A stretch of DNA of 53,356 bases from a virus (lineage: Duplodnaviria > Caudoviricetes). Positions 28,635 to 36,744 of this stretch are shown here, one piece after another. The translations under genes were made by a program, and so were the position numbers. How positions within the stretch are numbered: the first letter of the stretch is position 1; each line of letters opens with the position of its first letter. The stretch is taken from IMG/VR virus record IMGVR_UViG_3300044844_001309, positions 1 through 53,356 of that record. The stretch is one strand, 5' to 3'. Under the pieces are notes generated by a model. The model made no database searches. It saw only the letters and a list, made by a program, of their open reading frames with translations, and was not told where the DNA came from.

Positions 28635-29109
28635 CCTCGTCCTCGTCGCGCGCCTGGCCCGTGAGGCGCCCGCGCAGGTCCGTGATCATCGCGTCCAGCG
28701 CCAGCAGGTTGTCGGTCTTCTGCGTCACGCTGAATGCCTCGGCCGCGTCCAGACCCATCAGCTTCGCGCGGCGCTGCTGCACGCGGATGATCGACAGCGT
28801 CGCCGCGGCCAGGCCCTCACCGTCGCCGGCGGCGTGCGCGGCCTCGGCCTGCGCGAGGCCCATGCGCTCGAGCTCGTCCAGGGTCGCGAGGTCGAGCTGG
28901 CGCAGCTCCTCCGCGCTCTCGGCCGTCGCCTCCCGGAGCGCCGTGAGCGCGCGCTCCACCGCCTTGCGCGCGCCGCTCTCCTCGGCGTACCCGCACTCCG
29001 CCGCGATCACGCGGTAGGGCAGCCGCTTCTTGCGCAGGTCCACCGCCTTGGCGACACGCTCGGCCTCGGTGAGCACGGCCGCGCCGGTCTTGCTTCTGCT
29101 ACGCGCCAT
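28615..29109 (-). CDS. terS: Terminase small subunit
   Basis: N-terminal HTH (LPYRVIAAECGY); RRAKLMGLDA; directly upstream of terL. Confidence 0.8.
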   Translation of the reverse strand: MARSRSKTGAAVLTEAERVAKAVDLRKKRLPYRVIAAECGYAEESGARKAVERALTALREATAESAEELRQLDLATLDELERMGLAQAEAAHAAGDGEGLAAATLSIIRVQQRRAKLMGLDAAEAFSVTQKTDNLLALDAMITDLRGRLTGQARDEDEGGAEPR

Positions 29110-29926
29110 CGGAACCCCTCAGGTCGGATTGTAGCACGGTCTCTCGTGGCGGCTCGACACGACCAACGCCCAGCCGCGTCCGCTCCGCTTCATCTCGGGC
29201 CCGGATGGCCCGTATCTCGTCGCGGTAGTAGGTCCACTCGTGCTCCACGCGGCCGCGCTCGGCGCCGCGCTCCTCGGCCAGCATGTCCACGCGCAGGTGC
29301 TCGCGGTCGAACAGCCCGCCCATGGTCATCGCGTAGATCGGGTGGACCGGCAGGTCGTGGGCTTCCAGGTAGGCAAACACGTCCTTCGTCGTCCACCAGC
29401 CGAGGGGCATCGAGCCACTGGCCGAGTTCTCGCCGAACTTGCACATGCTGATGCGGCGCACCCGGGACTCTTGCGCGCGCACGCCGGTGATGTGGCCCGG
29501 TCCGTGACGGCGCACCGCCTCGGCCAACCCGTGGCGGAAGTACAGCGACGACGCGGCGGTCAGCTCCCGCGTGTAGTCGTACTCCACCACGATCTCCTCG
29601 TAGCGGAGGCCGGGGTGCTGCTGGAGAAACGCGTCCCGCACGCGCTCGCAGTCGGGGTTGAACCACCACGAGCCCTTCACCCAGACGAGCGGGAGATCGA
29701 TCTCGTGGCGAAGCAGCCAGGCCAGGTGCGCGACCACGGTGGAGTCTTTGCCCCACGAGACGGAGACGTAGGCGCGCGTCGTCGCGACGAAGTCACGGAT
29801 GGCCTGAAGGGCACGCGCGGGCTTCTTCCCGCGCGCGAGCATGCGCCCCAGGATGGCGTCCGTCCGCGCGTGCGTCGCCCACACCTCCAGGTCACGCGCC
29901 GTGTGCCGGGGGCTGGCGATCAGCAT
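29099..29926 (-). CDS. cysH: CysH-like / PAPS-reductase-family protein associated with type IV-B Cas
   Basis: PP-loop VSVSWGKDSTVV; TGVRAQESRVR; PLGWWTTKDVFAYL. Confidence 0.85.
   Translation of the reverse strand: MLIASPRHTARDLEVWATHARTDAILGRMLARGKKPARALQAIRDFVATTRAYVSVSWGKDSTVVAHLAWLLRHEIDLPLVWVKGSWWFNPDCERVRDAFLQQHPGLRYEEIVVEYDYTRELTAASSLYFRHGLAEAVRRHGPGHITGVRAQESRVRRISMCKFGENSASGSMPLGWWTTKDVFAYLEAHDLPVHPIYAMTMGGLFDREHLRVDMLAEERGAERGRVEHEWTYYRDEIRAIRARDEAERTRLGVGRVEPPRETVLQSDLRGSDGA
29128..29136 (-). promoter_or_regulatory. Possible extended -10 promoter (TGcTACAAT) for the packaging operon
   Basis: TGCTACAAT about 18 nt upstream of the terS ATG. Confidence 0.35.
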
Positions 29927-30206
29927 GCCGCCCCCGCCGCTTCCACCCGTCGTGCTCGGGCAGCACCGTCACCAGGTCGGGGCGCTCGCCCGGCCCATGC
30001 GGCACCACAACAAATCGCAGCCGGTGCGGCCGGCCCGTGCGCCAGACCTCCCCGGTGCGCCCGTCCTCGAGCGTCTTGACCTTGGTCCGATGCGCCACCA
30101 GCGACAAGCGGATGAGTCGGCCCAAGGCCTGGCTCGGTGTGAGCTCGGGCGCGACCCGCTCCCGGTAGCGGTCGACGGCGTGGCTCGTGATGCGCCATGG
30201 TCCTAC
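29892..30206 (-). CDS. RelE/DUF4258-like (BECR fold) small protein; start codon unclear
   Basis: WRITSHAVDRYRERV...LRFVV...DLVTVL; no in-frame ATG/GTG near the expected start. Confidence 0.45.
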   Translation of the reverse strand, partial: VGPWRITSHAVDRYRERVAPELTPSQALGRLIRLSLVAHRTKVKTLEDGRTGEVWRTGRPHRLRFVVVPHGPGERPDLVTVLPEHDGWKRRGRHADRQPPAHGA

Positions 30207-30754
30207 GAGCCCCCGACCTTCGTGAGCCGCCAGTGCCCCCGGGATGGGCGCGTCACCACCCGCTCGCCCATCGCCACCAGCGTGTGCGTCACCGTCGACG
30301 TCGATTTGCCCACGTCGTCCGCCAGCTCGCGCGTCGTCGCCTCTCCACCACGCGCCTTCAGCGCCTGACGTAGCGTCTCCGCCGCCACACCCGACCCCGA
30401 GGCGTGCACCATCCGGCCCGGCGTCGGTGCTCGGGGCGCCAACACCGGCCGCGTAGGGCGCGGCCGCGCATCCACCGCAGGCAGCACGGTGCCCAGAGTC
30501 CGGACCTCGGCCGGCCGCAGGCGCGCGAGTACGATCTCCAGCGCCTGCCGCGCCTCGTCCTCCGGCACGCCCTCGATCGCCTCGCCCAGGCGCACGATGA
30601 GCGCGCCGAACTTCTGGACCTTGAGGGTGCGGCTCGTGAGCTCCACCGTCTTGGCCGGGGGCGCCGCCACCGCCAGGCCCTGCCCCGCCACGTAGCGCCG
30701 CCCGCGCGCAGTCTCCTCGCCGATCACGTCCTGGATGTCGCTGTCGGTCGTCAT
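30203..30754 (-). CDS. Protein with C-terminal winged HTH
   Basis: ATTRELADDVGKSTSTVTHTLVAM...RPSRGHWRL; AGGAG RBS. Confidence 0.7.
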   Translation of the reverse strand: MTTDSDIQDVIGEETARGRRYVAGQGLAVAAPPAKTVELTSRTLKVQKFGALIVRLGEAIEGVPEDEARQALEIVLARLRPAEVRTLGTVLPAVDARPRPTRPVLAPRAPTPGRMVHASGSGVAAETLRQALKARGGEATTRELADDVGKSTSTVTHTLVAMGERVVTRPSRGHWRLTKVGGS

Positions 30755-31494
30755 GCCGTCTTCTCCTGTGCCGCGTGTGCGGCGGTCTCATGCACCCGAA
30801 CCATGCCGAAGCCGAAGCCTCGGTGCCGGCCGATGCCGCGCAGCATGGCGGTCTGCCGCTGCTCGTAGGTCGACCACTGCGCGTAGCCGGTGACCTCGAC
30901 CGCCGTGGTACTCCACGACAGCGCCCGGCGTCCCCGCGCAGGGCCTCGCTGCGTCTGGCGCACCAGCGTCACGTCCCAGCTGCGGGCGTGGTCCACCAGC
31001 ACGAGCGGCGCGCCCGCGGACTCCAGGCGCTGCGTCACCCACGCTACCCGTGCGTCCAGCGCCTCGGCCGGGGTGAGCGTCCGCCCGTGCAACTGGGCCT
31101 GTGTCACCACGTCGACTTCGGCCCCCGCGGCGTAGCCCCCGAGCGGCTTCGACAGCCGCACGACGGGCAGCGCCACCACGGCGATCGGTGTCCGCAGATC
31201 GTGCACCAGCTCGCCGAGCCCGACGCACTCGATCTTGAGCGTCGACGTCGCGGCCCGCACCTCCGCTGAGGCGTGCAGGTTGCGCCAGCCGAGCCACTCC
31301 GCGGGCTGGTACATCTCGGCCTCGACCGTCGGGCCCACCCGCGTGAGGTGGAACGTCTGCGGCGGGACGTCGAACGCCTCCGCCAGCAGCACGTGCATCA
31401 GGTAGCCGATGTCCGAGAGCGGGTAGCCGCGCGCCCGAGCCAGCGTCTCCAGCCCACCGCGCGCGACCGACAGGCGGATGAGGTACAGGCTCAC
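30751..31494 (-). CDS. cas6: Cas6 endoribonuclease (Cas6e/CasE-like)
   Basis: N-terminal LYLIRL, DIGYLMH..LAEAF; C-terminal G-rich loop RGIGRHRGFGFGMV. Confidence 0.85.
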   Translation of the reverse strand: MSLYLIRLSVARGGLETLARARGYPLSDIGYLMHVLLAEAFDVPPQTFHLTRVGPTVEAEMYQPAEWLGWRNLHASAEVRAATSTLKIECVGLGELVHDLRTPIAVVALPVVRLSKPLGGYAAGAEVDVVTQAQLHGRTLTPAEALDARVAWVTQRLESAGAPLVLVDHARSWDVTLVRQTQRGPARGRRALSWSTTAVEVTGYAQWSTYEQRQTAMLRGIGRHRGFGFGMVRVHETAAHAAQEKTA

Positions 31495-32186
31495 GCGGCC
31501 TCCGGGATCACGCATACCTCCTCGGCGGCGCGATTCCAGTACGGGTAGCTCAGCACCGCGTAGGCACGCGTGGCCTCGGGCCGCACGTCGGGCCACCCAT
31601 CGGGCAGCGGGCGCATCGGCCAGCCGTCGCGCACAAGCGGGAACGTCTCACTCCACGGCGCGCACCCCTCGACCGTCCAGCGCAGCACCGCACCACGGCC
31701 CACCGCCCGGCGCTTGCCGAGGTAGCCCACGTACTGAAGCAGATCCGCTACAGCCGCGCCGTCGCCCACGGCCCACCACGTAAGCCGGTCGTCCTCCATG
31801 TGCCGTGTCTCCAGCGGCAGGCGGTAGGTTTTCTGGGCGCCGGCCGCGATGTTGATGCGCGTGAACTTCTCCACCGCCATCTCCTGCGCCTCGGCCAACG
31901 GGAAGCGGCGGTTGATCCACACGTGCTCTCGCTCGTCGACGTTGCCCACTGACGTCGTGCACAGGTGGAATCGTCCGCCCTCAGCGCGCGCAAGCGGGAT
32001 CTCGATCGGCCGCAGCTCGGACACGCGCAGCGCGGGCGGCAGGTCCTGGACCTGGGCGACCGCCCACGCGAGGAGACCGTCCAGGCGCACCTCGGCCGAG
32101 GCCAGGCCGGCCCGCAGGGTGGCCGTGATGCGGAGCGGCTGGCGCGCGTCGCCCGCGGCCAGCCCTGCCGTGACCACCTCGGTCAC
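31491..32186 (-). CDS. csf3: Type IV Cas5-family subunit Csf3
   Basis: PLRITATL, LDGLLAWA, GAQKTYRLPL, WWAVGD...LL, LGKRRAVGRGAV..W, RPLP, PYW. Confidence 0.85.
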   Translation of the reverse strand: MTEVVTAGLAAGDARQPLRITATLRAGLASAEVRLDGLLAWAVAQVQDLPPALRVSELRPIEIPLARAEGGRFHLCTTSVGNVDEREHVWINRRFPLAEAQEMAVEKFTRINIAAGAQKTYRLPLETRHMEDDRLTWWAVGDGAAVADLLQYVGYLGKRRAVGRGAVLRWTVEGCAPWSETFPLVRDGWPMRPLPDGWPDVRPEATRAYAVLSYPYWNRAAEEVCVIPEAA

Positions 32187-33208
32187 GCGTCCACCCCGCG
32201 CAGCAGCGCTACGATCGCCTCGCGCCGGTCGGCCACGTGCGCGCGGAAGATCTCACCGACCCCCACATCACCGAACGTCATCGCCGTGGCGCTCTCGGAC
32301 GGGCGCGCGATCGCGCACGACCAGCCCTGCACCGGCTTGATGTAGCCGTGGCCCGTGCCTGACTTCCCGCCGACGCGGGCGTGGGCGAGGAAGGCCGAGA
32401 GCATCAGGCGGAAGGTGTCGCGCTCGAGCTCCGAGTGAGTGCGCGCCTCGACACCCCAATAGAACAGCGACCCGGTGGCAATCGTCTCGAAGCTCCGGGG
32501 CATCATGGACGACTTGCTGTGCTCCTTGCCCACGGCGTCGTCCTCGGCGGACGCCGTCTCGCTGGCCAGGAGCCGCCCCTCGACCGCGGCGCGCGAGGCC
32601 GGCAACAGCAGCTCCCGCTTCTCGGGTACCAGGGTCGGGTCCATGCGGACGCGGACGACCTCGTCGATGTGGGCGCGGCAGGTGTCCTCGGGCCCGGCGT
32701 ACGTCTCGGCCCAGGCGCGCACGCGGTCGGGCACCACGCGGGCCGACTCGCGGCAGATGAGCACCGCGCGCTCGACAGCCATCTTGCCCGGGATGACGCG
32801 GTTCTCCGCGCACCCGCCCAGCAACTCCATGCTGGGGATGAGCTCGCAGAGGCGCCGGTAGTGGTCGAGCTTGACCACACTGCCGTCGCCGTTACCCGTG
32901 ACCATGCCGCCCGCAAACAGCAGCCGGAGGGCCGCCTCGGTGAGCCGGGACTCCAGCAGCCCCGCTGCGTCAAGAAACACGTAGCTGGCCGCCTCGCGCA
33001 GCTTGTGACGCATGGTGTCCCCGGTGATGATCGGCACGCGCGCAAAGCCGCCATCCACCTGGCGGACCTTCTCTGTCATCGCCAGCGCGGCGTTGCCGAT
33101 GGTCTCGCCATGGTGCGCGATCGGGCTGGCTGCCTCCAGCGCGACCTCGTAGCGGAGCACCTCGAAGCGGCGCGCGGGGGTGGGGTTCGTGGTTTCGGTG
33201 GTCTGCAT
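32183..33208 (-). CDS. csf2: Type IV Cas7-family backbone subunit Csf2
   Basis: LEAASPIAH, VPIITGDTMRHKLR, LLFAGG, PSMELLGG...IPGKMAV, C-terminal VGGKSGTGHG. Confidence 0.9.
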   Translation of the reverse strand: MQTTETTNPTPARRFEVLRYEVALEAASPIAHHGETIGNAALAMTEKVRQVDGGFARVPIITGDTMRHKLREAASYVFLDAAGLLESRLTEAALRLLFAGGMVTGNGDGSVVKLDHYRRLCELIPSMELLGGCAENRVIPGKMAVERAVLICRESARVVPDRVRAWAETYAGPEDTCRAHIDEVVRVRMDPTLVPEKRELLLPASRAAVEGRLLASETASAEDDAVGKEHSKSSMMPRSFETIATGSLFYWGVEARTHSELERDTFRLMLSAFLAHARVGGKSGTGHGYIKPVQGWSCAIARPSESATAMTFGDVGVGEIFRAHVADRREAIVALLRGVDA

Positions 33209-33218
33209 GGTGCTCTCC

Positions 33219-33707
33219 TCAGGCCTTCGGCAGGGTCATGGTGATGGACTCGAAGTGCTCGCGGTCGACGGCGTCACGCGCCTCCCGGCGCTTCTCGACG
33301 GCCTCCCGCGCGAGGGCCACGAGCAGTCCGCGCTCCGCCTCGATCAGGCCCAGGAACCGGTCCGGTGTCAGGACGCCCACGCTGCACAGCCCGTCGACGT
33401 GACGCACCAGCGCCAGCATGGCCGAAGAGGTCGCCTTGCTCGGCCCCGGCAGCCGGAGCCCCCGCGCCACCAGCGTCGGCCACTCCATCGGCCCGGACGA
33501 CCGCTTCGCCGCACTGACCATCCGCGTCTCGATCTGCTCCCACTGCTTCAGCGCGCTTCCGCCGCCCGCGAGAAACTGCTGGCGCCACGCCAGCATCAGG
33601 TCCACCACCAGCAGGCGCACCGTCTCCAGTTCCACCGCCGAGATCGTCGGGGGCCGCGCCTTGAACATGCCCGCCGGCGCGGGGCTTCCGTTGCTGCTTT
33701 CGCTCAC
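33219..33707 (-). CDS. cas11: Type IV-B small subunit (Cas11-like)
   Basis: All-helical, about 160 aa, between csf1 and csf2; GAGGAG RBS before the GTG. Confidence 0.7.
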   Translation of the reverse strand: MSESSNGSPAPAGMFKARPPTISAVELETVRLLVVDLMLAWRQQFLAGGGSALKQWEQIETRMVSAAKRSSGPMEWPTLVARGLRLPGPSKATSSAMLALVRHVDGLCSVGVLTPDRFLGLIEAERGLLVALAREAVEKRREARDAVDREHFESITMTLPKA

Positions 33708-34485
33708 GCTTCTGCTCCTCTTTCTTCGCCGCGGTCGCGGCCTTCTCGCGCGCCATGCGCGCCTGCACCTCGACTTCGTCACGCTGGGCCAGCCATAGCG
33801 CGAGCGCGAACCACGTCCCGCCCCGCAACGCCCGGCCGTATCGCGCCTCGAAGGCCTCGATGAGCGGCCGACACAGCCCGTACGCGCGCGCCGTGTACGT
33901 GCCCAAGCCGACCTCCTCCTTAGTCGCGCCCGACGTCAGCATCACCACGAGGTCGTCGATGATCGCCCAGCCCTCGGGCCCCGGGAGCACCACCTCGGTC
34001 TCCTCGAACAGCACGCGGCCGCGCGTCGTGCCCGGCAGGTTCAGCGGGGTCCATTGCAGGACGTGCTTCTGGCCGCTGTCGGCGATGGCCGCGAACCACG
34101 CCCCGCGCTTCGGCCGCCGGAGGAACGCGAGGATCGCAGGCTTCTCGCCCTTGCTCGCGTTGATGTACCGCGGCTCGGCGCCACCGTCGTAAAGGTGTGA
34201 GTAGTTGCGGTACGACCCGCCAAAGATCTTGCCCTCTTTCGGGGGCCGGCCCGGCACTGGGACCGTGCGCTGGGCGAAGTAGACGCAGCTCTCGCACACG
34301 TGCGTCCCGTCGACGTAGCGGACGCGGTTCTGGCCAACAAAGCCCGAGCCCATCCAGTCCTCGCGCACCATGCCGCGGGTGAGCGGCCCGGCGCACACCC
34401 AACACAGCCCCGCAACCGGCGCGCAGTCAGCCACCGCTGGAGAGCCGAGTTCGGCGTGGAGCACCTGCGCCGCTGTGAGAGCCAC
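33274..34485 (-). CDS. csf1: Type IV large subunit Csf1 (Cas8-like); conserved part ends near 33710
   Basis: Zn finger CWVC...VCESC, RNYSHLY, WFAAIADSGQKHVL..TPLN. Confidence 0.85.
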   Translation of the reverse strand: MALTAAQVLHAELGSPAVADCAPVAGLCWVCAGPLTRGMVREDWMGSGFVGQNRVRYVDGTHVCESCVYFAQRTVPVPGRPPKEGKIFGGSYRNYSHLYDGGAEPRYINASKGEKPAILAFLRRPKRGAWFAAIADSGQKHVLQWTPLNLPGTTRGRVLFEETEVVLPGPEGWAIIDDLVVMLTSGATKEEVGLGTYTARAYGLCRPLIEAFEARYGRALRGGTWFALALWLAQRDEVEVQARMAREKAATAAKKEEQKRERKQQRKPRAGGHVQGAAPDDLGGGTGDGAPAGGGPDAGVAPAVSRGRRKRAEAVGADRDADGQCGEAVVRADGVADAGGAGAPAAGAEQGDLFGHAGAGASRRRAVQRGRPDTGPVPGPDRGGARTARGPRAGGRREAPGGA

Positions 34486-34491
34486 GAGTGC

Positions 34492-34520
34492 AGCGCCTCA
34501 CCCGGATGACGCGCGGTCAA
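34492..34520 (-). promoter_or_regulatory. Possible leaderless promoter of the cas operon
   Basis: TTGACC begins 35 nt upstream of the csf1 GTG; weak -10; no RBS. Confidence 0.35.
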
Positions 34521-34708
34521 GAGGCCTGTGGGTCTGAGGCCTCGACGCGTCGCGCTCGCCACGCCGCGAGGTCGACGACCTCCGCCACCTGCGGCCGCGC
34601 ACGGCGCTCGGGCTGGAGGCGCTCCAGCAGCGCGCGCCAGAGCTCGGGCGGGACGTCGGCCAGGTGGCGCACGGGGCGCCGGCGCGGGAACGGCAGCACG
34701 CGGCCCAT
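34517..34708 (-). CDS. Hypothetical protein
   Basis: MGRVLPFPRR...AEVVDLAAWRARR. Confidence 0.5.
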   Translation of the reverse strand: MGRVLPFPRRRPVRHLADVPPELWRALLERLQPERRARPQVAEVVDLAAWRARRVEASDPQAS

Positions 34709-35178
34709 CACCCTGCCCTCCGCGCAGCTCGAGCCTCGGCCCGGAACGCGTCGATCTCGCCCTCGCTCACCTTGTGCCCCGCCGCGATGCGCGACAGGAG
34801 CCACCGCGTCGTGACGTGGTTGACCTCGACCTCCAGCGGGGAGAGCGAGGCGCACGCGGCGAGCTGGCGGTCCTGCTCGCGCTGGGCCTGCGCCCGCCGG
34901 CGCTCGGCGCGGACCTCGTCCATCGCCTCGACCAGGTCCCCGAGCGTGACCCAGCGGTCTGTCAGTCGCTCCGCGACCCGGCCGACGCCCTCTTGCGCTG
35001 TGGCCACGTCCCACGGCCCGGCCATGAGGCGCCGAAGCCAGAGCTTCGACGCGCTCGACGGGCCGGCCTTTGTGCCCGCGGCCTTGTCGCCCTCGATCAC
35101 CAGCAGCGCCCGAGCCCCCGGGACCGCGGCACCGATCAGCAGCGAGAGCACGCCTCGCGCTTCCGCTTCGGACATCAT
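34708..35178 (-). CDS. Replication accessory protein (possible helicase loader)
   Basis: Directly downstream of the initiator; helical. Confidence 0.4.
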   Translation of the reverse strand: MMSEAEARGVLSLLIGAAVPGARALLVIEGDKAAGTKAGPSSASKLWLRRLMAGPWDVATAQEGVGRVAERLTDRWVTLGDLVEAMDEVRAERRRAQAQREQDRQLAACASLSPLEVEVNHVTTRWLLSRIAAGHKVSEGEIDAFRAEARAARRAG

Positions 35179-36362
35179 CGCGACACCTCCGTCGGGTCCA
35201 GCGGGGCCAGCGTCTCGCTCGGCCGCATGGACCACTCGCCTTCGAGAAACATCTCCACCGAGTCACCCGGCGTAGGTACCGCACGGGCGTAGCCGGCCGA
35301 CGTCGGGCGGAGCACGAGCGCGCCCTGCGGCGGCGGGTCCGGGTCGTCCGGCATCGGCGGCACCGGCCGGGCCTCGAGCGTCCACGCGACCATGGCCTCC
35401 ACGGCGTCCTGCTGGGCGTTGCGGCGGGGGGCCGCCGTCGCCGTGCGGGCGGGGGCGCGCATCGCCTCCTTGTCCTGCTCACGCGTCAGCCAGCGCACGG
35501 CGAAGCGGTGGCCGTTGGAGCGCGGCCGCTCGGCGGGGTTGGCTTTGAGCCACGCGACCATCCGCGCGAGCTGGGCCCGCACGTCGACGGCCGGGTAGGC
35601 CTCGGACCACTCGCCCACGTCCGCCTCGGTCACCGTCTCGGTCCGCGTGCCGATGAGCGGAAGGACCACGACCACGGGCGAGGTCGTTCCCCGAACGGCG
35701 GGCGGCGTGCCCGCCGCTTCGGCGGGTCGCGCCGCGTCCTGCGCCGGCACCTCTGCTTGAGAAAGAACTACTGTTCCTCTCTGCTCCTCTCCTCTCCTCT
35801 CCTCTCTAGAGCACGGTGGGGCCACGGTGGCCCCACCGTGGTCCACGCGTGCGCCACCGTGGTCCACGCGTGCGCCACGCACCGGCACGCGTGCGCCACC
35901 GTGGTCCACGCGTGCGCCACCGTGGTCCACGCGTGCCGCACTCTGGCTCACGCGTGACGCACGCGGCTCTGTTTTGGCGGCTTTCTCGTCTTCCACGGAA
36001 GCCACCCGCGTGGCCTTTGCCGCGGCGCGTCGTTCGCGCTCCGAGGCGGCTCGTCGGTAGGAAGCAGCTCGCTCGCTCCACCCGTGGACCTCCAACGACC
36101 CGTCATCGGTGGTGCGGTCAAGCCAGCGGGAGGTCACGAGGGCGGCCACGAGCCGGCCGTCCTCGCCGGTCCACTCGAGCACGGCCTCGAGTTCCGCGTC
36201 GGAGATGCCGTCGAGCATGCCGCTGGGGCGTGTCTGGAGGACCCACGCCCAGAGGTCGGAGATCACGCCGATCGCCTCGCGTCGCGAGACCCCGAGCTCG
36301 CGGGCGAGCCGAAGCGTTTTGTGGTGTCGGGGGAGGCTGGCCTCCCACTGTAGGTAGCTCAT
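35175..36362 (-). CDS. Phage replication initiator / replisome organiser
   Basis: HHKTLRLARELG...LWAW...LEVHGW N-terminus; REERRGEE linker; YPAVDV...AWL..NP...RF..RWL C-domain; internal iterons. Confidence 0.8.
   Translation of the reverse strand: MSYLQWEASLPRHHKTLRLARELGVSRREAIGVISDLWAWVLQTRPSGMLDGISDAELEAVLEWTGEDGRLVAALVTSRWLDRTTDDGSLEVHGWSERAASYRRAASERERRAAAKATRVASVEDEKAAKTEPRASRVSQSAARVDHGGARVDHGGARVPVRGARVDHGGARVDHGGATVAPPCSREERRGEEQRGTVVLSQAEVPAQDAARPAEAAGTPPAVRGTTSPVVVVLPLIGTRTETVTEADVGEWSEAYPAVDVRAQLARMVAWLKANPAERPRSNGHRFAVRWLTREQDKEAMRAPARTATAAPRRNAQQDAVEAMVAWTLEARPVPPMPDDPDPPPQGALVLRPTSAGYARAVPTPGDSVEMFLEGEWSMRPSETLAPLDPTEVSR
35833..35936. repeat. Five tandem 21-bp iterons (one variant); likely replication origin
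   Basis: ccaccgtggtccacgcgtgcg at 35833, 35854, 35896, 35917 plus a variant at 35875; next to a pyrimidine tract. Confidence 0.8.
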
Positions 36363-36472
36363 CGCCACGTCCCCCAGCGCCGCAGCGCCCACGCGAGCAC
36401 GGCCACCAGCTGGCCAGCGAACAGCAGCAAGGCCCCGAGGACCATGAAAAGCAGAGCTTCCAGCGGGGTCAC
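36359..36472 (-). CDS. Small membrane peptide
   Basis: 37 aa, hydrophobic; coupled on both sides. Confidence 0.45.
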   Translation of the reverse strand: MTPLEALLFMVLGALLLFAGQLVAVLAWALRRWGTWR

Positions 36473-36744
36473 GCCATCCTCCGTCTCTTGCCGCTCTTGG
36501 TCGGGAACCACAGCACGGACCGCTCGCCCGGGACCTTCGCCGCCTTCCGCGCGTCGACTCGCGTGGGGACGGGCGGCAGGGGCTGCTCCATCGTGCGGGC
36601 GATCTTCCGCGCCCCGCTCAGCGTGAGGTTGAAGCGGGCCTTGAAGTCGGGCCCCGACACGCCGTCGAGGATCGCGTCCGCCCAGCGGCGCACGTCCTCC
36701 GGGGTGTGCACCCGGCGTCGGCCGGGCATGGTGGTGCGGCTCAT
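36469..36744 (-). CDS. Small HTH-like protein
   Basis: HTPEDVRRWADAILDGVSGPDFKARFNL; resembles 38339-38581. Confidence 0.45.
   Translation of the reverse strand: MSRTTMPGRRRVHTPEDVRRWADAILDGVSGPDFKARFNLTLSGARKIARTMEQPLPPVPTRVDARKAAKVPGERSVLWFPTKSGKRRRMA

Noticed and set aside
29920-30198. ATG-started 92-aa ORF (MAHHEPRR...)
   Set aside because: Low-complexity shadow-like composition; the overlapping frame has the protein-like motif instead.
35833-35936. 21-bp repeats as a CRISPR array for the nearby Cas operon
   Set aside because: The units are head-to-tail with no spacers and lie in frame within the initiator gene, so iterons fit better.
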